64,000 nucleotides of DNA from Lytechinus pictus (lineage: Eukaryota): positions 45,756,001 through 45,820,000 of the forward strand of contig NC_087247.1 of assembly GCF_037042905.1 (NCBI RefSeq), written 5' to 3'. The notes under the pieces were generated by a model. That model did not search any database and was not told where the DNA came from. It saw nothing but the letters and a program-made list of their open reading frames with translations. Below are positions 15,147 through 29,357 of the stretch, piece by piece. Each line of letters starts with the position of its first letter. Within the stretch, counting starts at the first letter, position 1. The position numbers and the translations under genes were made by a program.

Positions 15147-17545
15147 TAGTGAATCCAAACACTCACTGATGCATGTGAAGACTTCATAAAGGATTGCTAT
15201 GTGTCTTGATATAGCCAAATTTGGTCAAGCAGCTTTAAAAGGTCACAAGGAGTTGAAAACATTGGCATTTCAGGGAAAGGAAGGCATCTTTTGAATGTTG
15301 GAAAGTGAGAAGACGTGTATGAAGCTGGATACTTTTTTTTTATGAAGTAAACTCATTGTTGATTGAGCAGCAATGAATGCATTTGGATGTTACCATTATG
15401 AACTTTGGATTATCTGAAGGACCTGTAGTTCATCTTAATGTACTCAACAGGAATCCATCTGTAATGAGGTTAGCCAACAGAACCAAGTCTTTTATATACT
15501 AAGTTTTTCAACCATGTGAAAGTTTGAATGAAAGTGAGATCCCTGAACTATCTTAAGGTGAATACAGTGTGCTATAAAATCAAGTCAATGATTGATCAGA
15601 CTAGGAAGACATGAATTTACAAATTAATGACTTGAAGGAAAGAATTCATTTCTTGTTCATGCTACAGGTGGTTCCTATCGATGACATTAGAAACCAACCA
15701 GACCAACTTCAACTATTACTATGTGGAAAATGTGACTTGTGACAGGATTGTATTCTCAAGTTTGAACATGTCGTTTGGTCATAAAGGTGAAGGAAAAAAT
15801 GTTTTTGCACATTTTGTATATTTTGTACTGAGAGCCTGAAGGTTTCATCATAATAATAATCCCTTCTAGTTCTATGCACAGTCTGTTCATTTATTGGTAC
15901 ACATGTGCTCAAAATATTTGCCCTTGCCATTTTAGAGTATTTTTATCTGGAACTGATATGAAGTTTTTATACTAAACGTAGTTACACCTAAACTTTAAAA
16001 ATATAGTAGGGAAAATTCAGATTTACTTGAATGATTATTATTATTATTTTTGATATTTGTTACTCCAATCTGCTATTCCTGTCCATCAGTGCATTTAGGA
16101 TTTAATAGAAACTTCTTCCTGAACATTCAAGCTGTACAACCAAAATTTCTACAGGACTGAATTTTAGAATATGTATGTATATTGAATTTCCAGTAGAGAC
16201 TTTTCTCCTGTGCCTTTTGATCACTGACCATATTCTTTTTATTTTATTGATTATTCTTAGAATAATAGTGAATACTTCATTTTGTGCTTGAATTAGAAAG
16301 AAAAAAAAAATTGTAATGAAAATTACCTGATGTGTCTGTTTGACTATCTAAGCTCTTTTGATATATTTTTGCTGAAATTGTTAATTCTCCCATTTTACAC
16401 ACAACTATAAAATTTCAAGGGTGTATATATCTGATGTGCACTATTATTATTCTTCTTCACATCACCACTCTACATGGATAAAGAAATCATTGTATTTGCT
16501 TAGCAATGTGAACAGCTCATACAGCAACTGACTGGAATATCCCCCTGGGAGTGGAGAATGATCTTGCAGCTTACTCAATTTATAGGAACTTATCATTGAA
16601 ACCATTCAATACGGGCATTCAATATTCTGCTGGATTGGTATATTCTGAAATTTTATGCATGTTAAAGTTGGTTGATGCATTTAATGATGATGAAAAATAT
16701 ATTAAATATTATTCCCAGATACTTGAACTGAACCGAATGAACTAAGCGTCATGTTTCCGCAAACTGAACGTTAATGGTCTTAGATGTGTCACAATTGGCT
16801 ACCTTTAATTAACTTTTGACCAGAATTTAGATAAAACCCGAGTTCAGAATTGGGGCCTACGTCGTTGGCATCTTACAGAGAGCATGATTATAATGTTATT
16901 CACTTCTGATACTGCCTACCACAAAAGTAATTACAAATGTAAAATGATTTGTATATCTATATGATATTTCATGGTTATGGTGTGCATGTTTTGACATTGT
17001 ACTATCTAAAGATGTTTGAAGCAAAAACTTATGCAGACACAATGTAATATCCAGATGGTATCAAGTGCTGTGTTATTGTTATTATTAAACTCTTATCAGA
17101 TATTTGATTTATTTATTTACCAACAATATTCACACGTTTACAGGTTATGAAACAAATTGCATAACAGTTGCACATGTATAAGAATACCATGGTAATTGGG
17201 ACCAGAAAGTAGCACAAGTGCTTATTGAGCCTGGCCCCACAAATATTACAAAATGCACATTTAAGAAGGAAAACAAAACAAAACAAACATTAAAATTGCA
17301 ATACATTCCTTGTAAAGGGTGATCATCAACATTTTTTTTTTAAGTATCATAATTGTATTGATTATCTAGTGTAGATTTACATGTTGATGGTGTGAATTTA
17401 TAAAAACAAATAACTTTTTAGAGAATTCCTAAAACTTTTTCTTGATTTCTTCAATTGTATATTAACTGGTACTTTATTCCAGAATTTGCTATCTAGAAAA
17501 GAAAATGAAAATTGGCCTGAGTTGTTTTTAGTCTTGTGGAAGATT

Positions 17546-17910
17546 ATTATTATTTGTTTGGTGTCACCTCTGCCTTGGGGGCGAAAAGCAAACTGAATCA
17601 CTGTGATCAGCGGGTCTCTCCTCCCAATATAACTGATTGAGGGAGTGCAGGTGGACCACTACACAGGGGACTCCCCTACTCTTATATGGATAGTGCAGTG
17701 GGTTCTTAATGTGCAAAGGTGGTGACTCTCCTCTGCAAGGGGCCTCCATTTAACCTCCTGTCCGAAGGATGGACTTTTCCATTGTAACATAGCCCACATC
17801 TATGGAACAAGGTAGAGTTGTTTACACACAACGCAGGCTTCAGTCATCTAACCGGGGTGAACTCGAACCCACGACCTTTGGTTCAACAGACAGACGATTT
17901 AGCCACTGTA
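17546..17910 (-). mobile_element. Second tRNA-SINE-like family
   Basis: On -: cagtggctaaatcg..gtgggttcgagttcacccc head and an (aat)n tail. Confidence 0.55.
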
Positions 17911-19882
17911 CTGTGTACATAAAGTAAGTGAAGAGTAAAGCTAGAATGATGTCCTTTAATATGTACACATTATGCTGCTGTGAGTTATCTTTCCATATTG
18001 CTGTTATTTGAGGTCTATATGGAGAAAAATGCTGGTAGTAGTGTACAACCCTGCCCTAATTTTAATATACATACATGTACTAGTATACACAAATTCATGC
18101 AGAATCAACAGGAATTAACCAGCATCACAAACATTACTTTATCTATAGATTAACATCAAATACATGTATTTGATGGACCAATATTTACGGGTCATAATGT
18201 TACATGTTTAAAAGTCATACAATAGTGAGAGTGATACTAGTATTTCATCGTATTATTAAGCTTTATATTATAGTCATTCCTAGTATCCAGGGTTCTCTTG
18301 GGTTTACAGTGAAAGGTTATACAATGTTTTACAAAAATGTATATTTTTAAACATTAATGATGGTTAGACGATTGTCATCAGAATTATGCACACTTTGAAT
18401 ATCAGAATTCAGAGTTAGAAATGTTGATCATTTTAGACTGTTCAACAATTCTTGTGCCTACACAGTAGCAAGAATCAAGTATAGTAGATTTGAATGTAAT
18501 TTTAATGACATTAAGTGTGTTGCTCATACTGTAGATGTATGTTACGTGTATAATTATATCTTTGTGAGTTGCAAATAACCACCAGTTGGCTACCATTTGT
18601 GATGGAATTAGTCCCACCACCAAACATGTTCTTGCCAAATCCTATCATTAACAGTGTCATTGAATTCATGAAGTGTCTTTTAGCAAGTGACTTTCATTCA
18701 AAAATTAATTCTTGGCTAATCAGATTCAAGGATGTCAGTTGTGTTTGCGTATCATGAATTGTAAGTATTTTTAATTTGCTTCATGAAATGTACAAGGCGC
18801 AATTTATCAAAGTCACATAGAATATCATTGACCTTTGACTTTGCATGAGATAGCAGAACTAGCATAAAACCGGGATTACATATATTTTCTGGCTCATTGT
18901 ACACAGCATGTTTGATGTGCTGTATTATTTTGTCATGTCAGTATTCTTGGTCTCTTTTGAAACAAGTGCTTTAAATAATGTCATCCCCATTTTCACACAC
19001 TAATCTGGGAGTGTTTCAGTGGATTTTTTTAAATCAACAATTTGAGTTTAGCTTTTGTATTGTGGCTTTAAAAAGTTTGTGATTGAATTTCAATTTTTGA
19101 TACCATGATAGAACAATATCTGAGGAATCATCCATGAGACTGCTTAAGACTTATATTTTGTGAGAATATAGACATATAATGATCTTGTTAAAACAGTGAC
19201 AATGTTTTCCATGTAAGAACTTGGTGTAAACAAATGGACATGAAAGCCTCTTTGATATCATATGACTTTATTGCAGGACAATTTATTTTATTATTTTTTT
19301 TTTAATAACAAACTATAATTTCAATTTCAATTGATCATACACACCAAATTTCATGTTCAAAACTTGCCTTAGCAAAATTTGATTTATCTTTGTGATTGGG
19401 AGGATATATTGGCTTAGTTTTGGTGATAGTAATACGTAACATTTTAATCAAGAATTGTGGATTTAAATGTAAGGAGGCTATTGCTAAATTGTGATAAATT
19501 TTAATCCATTTTATGTGCTATTATTTTTACATGTTTTGCAGAGTACATGTATCACCACTTTATATTTGGTGTATTAGATGTTTCTTTCTGATCTTGAACA
19601 GGAAATGCAGGCATTTTCTCAATTTCTGAATGGCTGTGTTTATGTTGTTATAGTTTTAAAAAAGATATATATTTTCTCTGTAATCAGAAATATTTATCTT
19701 GTATATTAAGATGAACTGTTTTCCTTGTACATGTTGAATGATAATGTATTGTATGTGTCTTTGAAGGCACATTTGCTGAAAACGCAAAAAAATGAACTTT
19801 TCAGTGCAGAATCACAGTTTTTAAATTCATTTGTAGTCTAAACAGGGTAGGATCATATTTTAAAAGGCTTTTGTATCATTTA

Positions 19883-20048
19883 CACTGAAAAAAATGAAGT
19901 GCTAATTTAGCACTTACAGTGCTTGTATAGTGACTGCACTAAGAGTGCTGATTTTTTAGTTTAAATTTGAAATAGAAAATCAGCACTCGTAGTGCAGTCA
20001 CTATACGAGCACTGTAAGTGCTTAATTAGCACTTCAATTTTTGCAGTG
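19883..20048. mobile_element. Fully palindromic MITE
   Basis: TA-flanked cactg...cagtg with ~80-bp near-perfect inverted arms. Confidence 0.8.
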
Positions 20049-21375
20049 TACATGACTATGCCCCTGAAATATTTAATGGGTATATGTTTATTGGATTTTC
20101 TTCAGCGCATCTTGTAATCAAAACCTTACATAAAGTTTTAATGTGTTGGGTATGAAGTTTCCTTGCTTTAATTGTATTCTGCAACTGACATAAAGCCATT
20201 TTATTTGAATCGTATTCCTGGTTAATGGTTTAATGGTTGGTGCATGAACATTTTGACACAAGTTTTCTACCATTTTTTATTCCGTTGACCATCAGGATAC
20301 TAGTATACAGGTGAGTCTACCCCAAGTCAAATATTTAGGGACCACAACAATATTTGGGATTTGTATGAAATTAGACAGAAAAGGTAAATAACACTTTACA
20401 ATTATCTGCTCTGAATAGTGCTACAACTTAGATGATTATTCAAATATATGCAGATTCTACTGTGAAAAAATGTGTTCTTCGTCGGTGAATTACATCTTTA
20501 TATTCATTATGATACCATCCTTAGCAAAGTGGAATTACATCAACTTTGTGTCAGAGCAGCATCCCAGAATATTGAAAATATGTTATTATTGGTCATCATT
20601 CTACTCCCTTCATTGGTGCATTGATACCTCATTGCTATTTCACTTGAATTCTAGGTTTTAAAACAAGGGCAATCTATGATTTATCTGTATGCTTTGATTG
20701 CCAATTACAAAACCTATGTGATTGCCATTCAATGTTTTTTACAACATAAATTTGACCCAAGTTTTATTAATTTGCTCTGATTTTTAATTATGAATTTGAC
20801 ACTGGTAAGTGTTAATGACACAGTTAATGATGTACTTATTATATATAAATGTAGGATATTGCAAAATGTGTGAATTCATTTGTGACAAGAAGTTTTATGT
20901 GTATTATCATGATAATTGCAATTAAAATGATTGTTTGACTTGTACTTGGCTTCTTGCTGTGTTCACTCATTTTGTCATTTTGTTTGCTTTGATTCAATCT
21001 CATATTAGCAACACTAAATTAGAAACTATCATAAAATCAATGTAATATTCCTATATGCTTCCCCTCTGCATTATCAGAAGTTAAAAAGGGTCATCTTTTC
21101 CTATTTTATATGTATGTAGTCTATGACTTATGAAAATGAGTAAATAAGCGGATGAATGAATAAAAAAAGAATACATAGATAATTCAATTAGGTTATGATT
21201 TAGAGAATGAGACTGGAGCAACTGCCTCATCTGACAAAAATTGGAATGCTTTAACCATTATAAAACACACAATGTATATCTATATTTTTTGAAACCTAAA
21301 CAAGCATGACTTACGTAAGAAAGTCATGCAAATACATCAAACAGGACCGACAGTAACAAAAGTAATCCATTTATA

Positions 21376-21673
21376 GGAGCGTCGTGGCCCAATGGATTAG
21401 TCTCCGGACTTTGAAACAGAGGGTCGTGGGTTTAATATCCCATGCAGCCATAGCGTAATTTCCTTCAGCAAGGAATTCATCCACAGTGTGCTGCACTCGA
21501 CTCAGGTGAGGTAAATGGGTACCGGCAGGAAGTAATTCCTCAAAAAGCTGTGTGCACCTGGATAGGTAGCCTATAGCTTAGCCGGTTAACGATAATAGCA
21601 GGGCCCGCTGGGAGAACAGTTTTCGGAACTGAAGTGGCTACCCTGGGTAAATATACCGTTATAATTATTATTA
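21376..21673 (+). mobile_element. tRNA-derived SINE, same family
   Basis: Aligns with 103-393; ends in an (att)n tail. Confidence 0.85.
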
Positions 21674-21797
21674 TACTAGAATATCATTGACTGGTGGAAA
21701 CTTTTGTCTAAATGTATTCGGGGGGGGGGGGGGGCACTGAGGAAGAGAGCGATAAAGGCGTCTGGATCAGAGAGGTATGTAATGTAGATAGAATTAA

Positions 21798-22363
21798 AGG
21801 GATACTCCAGACTGAGAATGATACGATTTGGACAGATAGAGAAAAATCAGACAGTCAAAACACTGAAAATTTGATAAAAATCGGACAAAGAATAACAAAG
21901 TGATGGCATTTAAAAAATTTCCAGTAAAACAGCTCAAGGCATGTCTTCATGAATATTCAATGAGCAAATTGATGATGTCATATCCCCACTCGTTCTTTTG
22001 TATTTTCCCCTCAACTGACAACTAAAAACAATGGATTGGCAACTGATTTAGTGCACTAGATATTCATTGCTGCAACTTATTTCATTATAAAGGAGAAATA
22101 TCATTCACACATATATAAAAAATGAAACAGTAATGATTCCATGTAATAACCTAAGAAAAATGAGAGTGGGGATGTGACATCATAGGTACACGTAATGAAT
22201 ATTCATGAAGGTGTATAACTGTTTTCACAATAATTTTGGCTAAACTTTAAAATTTAATAATTTCACTATTTGTTATCAGATTTTGATGAAATTTTCAGAA
22301 TTTTACTGTGTGAATATTACTCTATTTATCTATATATGAATATTATCAGCCCGGAGTACCCCT
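21798..22363. mobile_element. Kolobok-like MITE
   Basis: ttaa|agggatactcc...ggagtacccct|ttaa (TTAA TSD). Confidence 0.7.
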
Positions 22364-23150
22364 TTAAGAAGGGGAGGGGGCCATGAAGCAACCCGTTTTC
22401 AAAAAGATTCATGCATATATCGTTGATTATCTTGGAGGCCACTGACAATTAACAAATAGGGCACTTTTATGGAAATGAGACACAATATGCACAATAGTGT
22501 AATAAGGGTGTAAAAGAACGACTAATATGATACAGAAAAGAATTATCTATAAAGGGTAAAATCACGTGTAGGGTCTTTTTCGCCATATGTATCTGGATTT
22601 TCATGCGATCTTTGACCAGGGAATGCTTTATGAGGTTTACAGATTTTTATACGCCTGTCCTACAGGACGTATTATGGTATCGCGCTCGGCGTCCGTCCGT
22701 CCGTCTGTTAACTTTTCCTTGTAAACGCGATAACTTCGTTTTAACATAACCGAGGCTCATATAATTTGGTGTGTATTATACTAGCATAGATCCCAGGAAT
22801 TCTTTTGATTTTGAGGTCAGAAGGTCAAAGGTGAAGTTGCAACCTTCCAGTTTTCTTGCTTGACTAATAACTCCATTTTCCGCATTTCAGACGGGCGTAT
22901 TATGTCGATGTCTAGACATCGATATAAAGCATAAGTAAACTGGTAGTTTTTCTTTAGATGAAAAAAAAACAAAAAAACTTGGAAATATAGGGCTTTAAAA
23001 AAATCCTTGGTGACGAGTGTGTTCACCGACCTATGGACCTCAGTCCTGCCTGTGATTCAAAATGTGTATTCTCGAGAACAATTATGAACGTGTCATAGGA
23101 CCAACACCCCCTATACCAGTTTACTTATGCTTTATATCGATGTCTATAAT

Positions 23151-23408
23151 NNNNNNNNNNNNNNNNNNNNNNNNNNNNNNNNNNNNNNNNNNNNNNNNNN
23201 NNNNNNNNNNNNNNNNNNNNNNNNNNNNNNNNNNNNNNNNNNNNNNNNNNNNNNNNNNNNNNNNNNNNNNNNNNNNNNNNNNNNNNNNNNNNNNNNNNNN
23301 NNNNNNNNNNNNNNNNNNNNNNNNNNNNNNNNNNNNNNNNNNNNNNNNNNNNNNNNNNNNNNNNNNNNNNNNNNNNNNNNNNNNNNNNNNNNNNNNNNNN
23401 NNNNNNNN
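23151..23408. other. Assembly gap
   Basis: Run of N. Confidence 1.
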
Positions 23409-23898
23409 CTACTTGTGTCTTGCTGTAGGCATATTTTTTGTGATTTGAAATGTCCTGACTTCTTATCCTATATTCTATTTAATAAAAGTTTCTGCATTAT
23501 TTATTTTCATCAAAATAAATTTTCGGTCGAGGTACAGACTTCCCCCGATTCATTTATGTCGTAAATATGTTTGTATAGCAAAATTTCATTTGATCCTCGG
23601 TTAACCAGCTTTTTTAAAATTAACTTTCTTATTTTACATTAAATTTGGATGAAACTTTGAGCATTATGCTTATCAGTTTTCTTTTTGTCCGAAGCGACCT
23701 CCACTTTTTTTTTTTTTTTTTTGGGGGGGGGGGGTGATCTTCTCTCTAATTGTATATACCGTGTACATACAACAGTTTGTGATATTGGACCATTTGTAGT
23801 ATGTTCCTCCACCGAGAACGTTCTCAAATCACTGTTCTAAATGTGAAATACAAATTAGTGTAAGACCTCATTGGACAGTGTGGGTAAGCACGCACATT

Positions 23899-23930
<32 letters not shown>

Positions 23931-25488
23931 AACATTGTAAACAATATTGTTACTTTTAATCAACAGCAAGTTTATCAAAAAGAAAAACATTTGACGAAGT
24001 TACAATAAGCTAGGATATAGTACAAAGGGAACTACATATATATACATGTATACATTTTGATGTTCACAGCGCGCCTGAAGTAGGCATACAATAATATCCA
24101 CACAAACAAATCAATATAAAAGCGTGCTAGAATGCATGATGCCCTGCCAAGTATATCTGTTTTAATTCATGAAGAATAAAATAATGTGAAATAAAATATA
24201 ATCAAACCAAAACGTTATTAAATGAAAATACACATCGAACAATCTTCAAGATTTTACTTTCAATATCTGTATGTCGTTTACCCAAGCTATCATAATTATA
24301 ATTACTGTGAAATTAAACTGATATTCAAGCAGAGACAAGAATATACTTGATACTTTCACTATGCGTTTTCTTTGTAAACTGATATAATTATGCTAAAAAT
24401 ACACTTTAGATTATATGCTGATTCAAAAGTGTATCGCATAACTAGCATCATACGTAATTTATGTTGCGTGATGTTAGGATTTAATTATCAACAGCAAGTT
24501 TTTGGTTATTTTGATTGTACTAAAAAGCAGCTGAAAGCTTATGGTTCAATTCTTGTTTTAACACTTCAGATTTTTTCACTGATATAGCACGTATTTAATG
24601 AGGAGTGGTATCTTTATAAACAAGGACGTTACCCAAGGATCAGTAGTACCAAGTATGAACACAATGATGCAGAAACACAAAAATAAGAGCAATATAAAGT
24701 CAAACAAAAAAATTAACATTTTTGTAACCAAAAAATGATGTACATGACCTCTCATGATTTGACCTTTTGACACATAGATGACCTTTAACCTCACCATTTT
24801 CATCACCACAAATGTGGTATTACCCAGGATCAATTTGTACCTAGTAAGAACACATTTGATGCAGAAATAAAGAAATGAGAGCAAGTTAAATAAAAACTTT
24901 AACATTTTTGTAACAGACCATTAGGAAAAATGATTACAAGGTCTCTGCCGAGCTTCGTTCAGGCGAGACAAAAACTGTATCAGTCCAAACCACAGATTTA
25001 CTAATACCATGGGACACAAATATAAGTGACATAGATTTAGTTGTGTTTTCAATTCTATCAGTGGCTTATTTGCATACTTCAGTATGCAAATTTATAAATT
25101 TTCATACTAGTCAATCAATTTTCTTTCTTTTTTAAATGCATGGTCTATAAGCTACATTTACAGGGTGTGCATGGGTCTATACAGACATAACGCCCGTAAT
25201 CGAACAAAAATGCTTATTATCGCATTTCCAAATCTACAATGTTAACGTATAGGCCATATTCATTCTGCTTTGCGCAATCCAATTACTAGTAATGTATTTC
25301 TTTTGTAATTATTTCTATTTTTATGTTTAGATGATAGACCATGCAGCTTGATTCACGAAATTCAATAAAGTAATTGGTATCGTTTTCCCTTGTTCGTCTA
25401 TTCTTGTTTAAATGTTAACTCACATTGTTAGTCTTCGAACTTGTAATTATTTTTGTAATTAATATAACCGAACCGAATGAGCTGACAT

Positions 25489-28400
25489 CTAAACCAAACT
25501 GTAAGCATATTCAATGGCAGCATTAATAAAGTGGCGCCAGAATCGGTAAGGGAACTTCCACAATGGTGGCTTTGACCATTGGAAAGTTCCACGAGATGGG
25601 AGGCTCGGAAGTTTTGGTTTTCGGGCCCCTTGCTTCCATCTCTGGTATACCATGCCAGCGAAAAGTATCACGGGGAATAGGAAAGCTAGCACACCTCCTG
25701 CGCGGTTCATTCTTACCAGGGTATAAATGAGACCAACAGTCAATGTGGATAGAATCGCTTTCCAATACTTGTCATCTCTGAATACCTGAGGACCCTTCCC
25801 GCGGTCATGGTATACCCTGCAGATGGCAGGTACAAAGAGGGAAACAAAGAAATAGTATGCAACCACCTCAACGGTACGATACAGAAACGGTTTGATATAT
25901 CGCCAGAAGATAATTAACAGTAATAAGCACACGGCTAGACCGCCAAGAATTTTAGGATCACTCAAATCTACTTCAAATCCATGAACTCTTACGATGCGTT
26001 TAGGCCCCCTGCTCTGAGCCTGAACGTTGCACTGGCGCACGAAGACTTCAAGTTGTTCACGGTCACCTTTGTCCATGTCAACTTGCTTGTCCATGTTGCC
26101 GCATATTATGGCCCGGTGGCTACACTCGAAAGTTGTTGGTTGCTTGTCACGGAAACTCTCCATGTGACTACTTTTGATCTTCGCATGCTGGTCTGCAGTC
26201 GAAGAGCCGGCAGATTTCATGGGCCAAGGGAAGTCATGAGCGATGACAAACACATTGCTTTTCCCTGTTGGAGAATATTGGGAAAACATATGTTGTTCAT
26301 TCTAGATTCAGATTAATTGATTGAAAATTACTATGATATTGACATCTTTTAGGAAAAAATCTTCAGATAACACTGTATGTTTTGATGTATTATATTGACA
26401 GTGGCACTAAATTCTCAATCCTCTCATCATTAACCAATTTCACCAATCGGCACTCCAGCCATAGATAAAGTAGGCCCATTATTAGCATACATATTGCATG
26501 AGTATGTTCAGGATATCAAAGTTTGGCAATAAATACGCAACCAAAGTCGTTAGCGAAACATCCTCGAGTCACATAAGTTTGAGTTTTTTAATTCGCAATT
26601 TAGCCCCTGGAATCTTAGCATGTAAATTGTTATATTTTCTGGATTATGAAAATTTTATGTGAGTAACAAGATGATTCTTATGGAACATTGGTTTGTGCAT
26701 GAAAATAAATAAAATCAATCAGTCAATTGTAAAGCTAGTAACTATAGCACTTATGATTTCTATTTCAAGCTTTTAAATTTCTAGTTGCCCTGTTACGAAA
26801 TTGAATTAGGAAATTTATACCCTGAATACACCAGTGAAAGTAGACTGTATGATCATCATTATCATAAGAGACATTTACGAGGAAAGTGATATTTCCATAC
26901 CAAATACTTGTTTGACATGAGGCAAGAACTTGTCATAGAGTGCATCCATGACGTCTGTGATTGCAAAACGACGATTGTTGATAGAATGACAGACTATCAC
27001 ACCATCCAGTCCTTCACTTGAAAGCCGAAAACTGTCTAGATCATTGTATGGTAGCTGAATGAATTTGACTGTTGTGTTTTTCATATTAGAAACCATTGTG
27101 ATGAAAGCCTTGATGTTGGACTTTGATGCTGACGAACAGATGGCTACAGCCTTTTCTCTCTCTTTTCCGGTTGGATTGGCCATTATCTACAAAAAATGAA
27201 AAAATAAAAATAAGCAAAAGATAAAAAAAAAAAAAAAAACCAACAACAAAGGAACAAAGCAATTCAAACAAAAAATCCCAAAAGAAACTTAAATGACCGA
27301 AATCACAGGAATCATTGCTTATCTGATCATTAGTAAAGTAATCAGCAAAACATGCACGACACCATTTAATGTACAAACGAAAGTGAGCACAATGAATAAT
27401 GTATACCCATTCCTTGAACATTTCGTAAGACTATAACACAATAGGAAGAACGAGACATGTATTATGATTATGAATAATAAAATGATAATAGTAACACAAG
27501 TAACATAATAATAATAACAATAATATTAATAATGATAATAATAAAAAATAATAATAATGATAATAACATGACAAACATGATTATGGCAAAAATTACAGCA
27601 ATTATGATAATTTTGGTTGCAAAGTTACGAAATTGAATAAGGAAGTTTATACCCTGAATACACTAGTGAAAATAGACTATATTATCATCTTTATTATCAT
27701 AAGAAACAACCACATGGAAAGCTTTAAAATATTTTGGAAATTTATCCACACTGTGCTACACTCAACCCAGGTGAATGAACGGGTACCCGGTATAGGTAAG
27801 AAATTCATCGAATGCGCAGCTAAAGCCATGCATGCATGGTAATAATAATAGCAGCGCTTGTGTCATCGGGCAACAAGGACTTTATAAATCATCATCATTA
27901 TCATCATCATCGTTATTATCAATTATGACCATATTGCACTTCTATTCATAAGTAGAATAACAATATACATGATATAGTAGTGATAATAACGATGGATTAT
28001 AGGCTTAATGCACATATCACTTTTACACCGACTGACCGAAGCATACAACATAACAGTTCTAATTAGGATAAAACTTATAAAAGGTGACAGAGATACTACT
28101 GGGAATTTTTTACCGGGCGTGTATACAATATAATGTTGCCACTCGACATATTTTTTTTTAGAATCACGGACAACGTATAGGCCTACAGTTAAACACATGA
28201 TTATTAATACCCATAGGGAAGTAGCTGCTTTTGTATATAATTCGTTATGAGAATATATAAATATCATTTTGTTCGCACCAAATAGCCAAAGCCCAAACGC
28301 CACACAAATAAAGTATTAGGCAATACATATTAGCTTCTACATTCGTTTTGTCTTTAGGCCTGCAATTATCTAAAATGTAAGTTAAACATCATGTCATGTG

Positions 28401-28615
28401 CCTCTTCTTCTGGCTAATATAGATAAGACATCTTCAAAAAGATTATATATAGGCCTATTCATTGAATTGGATTCCATTTCCAAATTCCAATCATACACAC
28501 CAATACTAGAAATGCAGACAAGGAAGCAATTAATCTCATCACTGATCTGACACTCTTTTCCAGTGCATGGATATCATTTTTTTCCGCCGCTGCATAGAAT
28601 TCATATACTCACCAT
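25489..28615 (-). CDS. Uncharacterised family paralogue A: alpha/beta (TIR/Rossmann-like) domain + ~4 TM helices, ~354 aa
   Basis: Exon 1 supplies only ATG (28615-28613, then gtgagt). Exon 2 is 27186-26901 (IMANPTG..AVAICSS..DGVIVCHSINNRRFAITDVMDALYDKFLPHV, phase-1 donor). Exon 3 is 26264-25489 (GKSNVFVIAHDFPWPM.. plus four hydrophobic segments). The splices join in frame. Confidence 0.85.
27737..27920 (+). mobile_element. Truncated SINE body in intron 1 of paralogue A
   Basis: aaatttatccacactgtgctacactcaacccaggtgaatgaacgggtacc matches the SINE body. Confidence 0.7.
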
Positions 28616-28802
28616 TTATTTAATATATTCCGTCCTTCAGAGAATTTCAGATATCAATTGCCCAGTGATCAACTGATGACGGTATATCACCAGTTACGTT
28701 GTGTGGTCATGTCTCCTTGGTATGATCTTCAATAACAAGCAAAAGGCGAGCGTGCACGTATCCAGCTCCGTAATGAAGCCGCTCGATGTCAACGAGGTCA
28801 CC

Positions 28803-28826
28803 GGGGAATCCCCATTGGGTATCCCC
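28803..28826 (-). promoter_or_regulatory. Tandem NF-kB/Rel-type sites upstream of paralogue A
   Basis: GGGGAATCCCC (28803-28813; GGGGATTCCCC on the gene strand) plus kB-like GGGTATCCCC (28817-28826), ~190 bp upstream of the ATG. Confidence 0.6.
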
Positions 28827-29170
28827 GCTTCGAAAGTCTTAATTCTAAGGCTTGTTTGTAAGAATTCACGATAAGAGCGAGAGCTGAAAATTTTAGACAT
28901 TCAGACCAGAAAAATGAACATTTTAGGGACTGTTTTTAGGAATTAACAAAGAGCAGACATATCTCACCAATTCACTAGGGCGAACGTAAGCACGGACTGG
29001 AAGCATGTCACTACATAAAACAATAATAAGTGCGAGGAAATATTTTTGGTGTATATTGACTTGAAACGGATTTTTTTTAGTACAACAGGATTATATATCT
29101 CATTAAAAACAGACAATGCGAGCACCAGGAATGATGAACACACAGGCCCTATGTTTCATAAAGTTATGAA

Positions 29171-29357
29171 NNNNNNNNNNNNNNNNNNNNNNNNNNNNNN
29201 NNNNNNNNNNNNNNNNNNNNNNNNNNNNNNNNNNNNNNNNNNNNNNNNNNNNNNNNNNNNNNNNNNNNNNNNNNNNNNNNNNNNNNNNNNNNNNNNNNNN
29301 NNNNNNNNNNNNNNNNNNNNNNNNNNNNNNNNNNNNNNNNNNNNNNNNNNNNNNNNN
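29171..29357. other. Assembly gap
   Basis: Run of N. Confidence 1.

Noticed and set aside
23062-23564. ORFs spanning N runs (also 29046-29408)
   Set aside because: Artefacts of assembly gaps.
25981-26316. Antisense ORFs over the family genes (also 57607-57954 and 58014-58316)
   Set aside because: Shadow ORFs of real coding exons, with no independent evidence.
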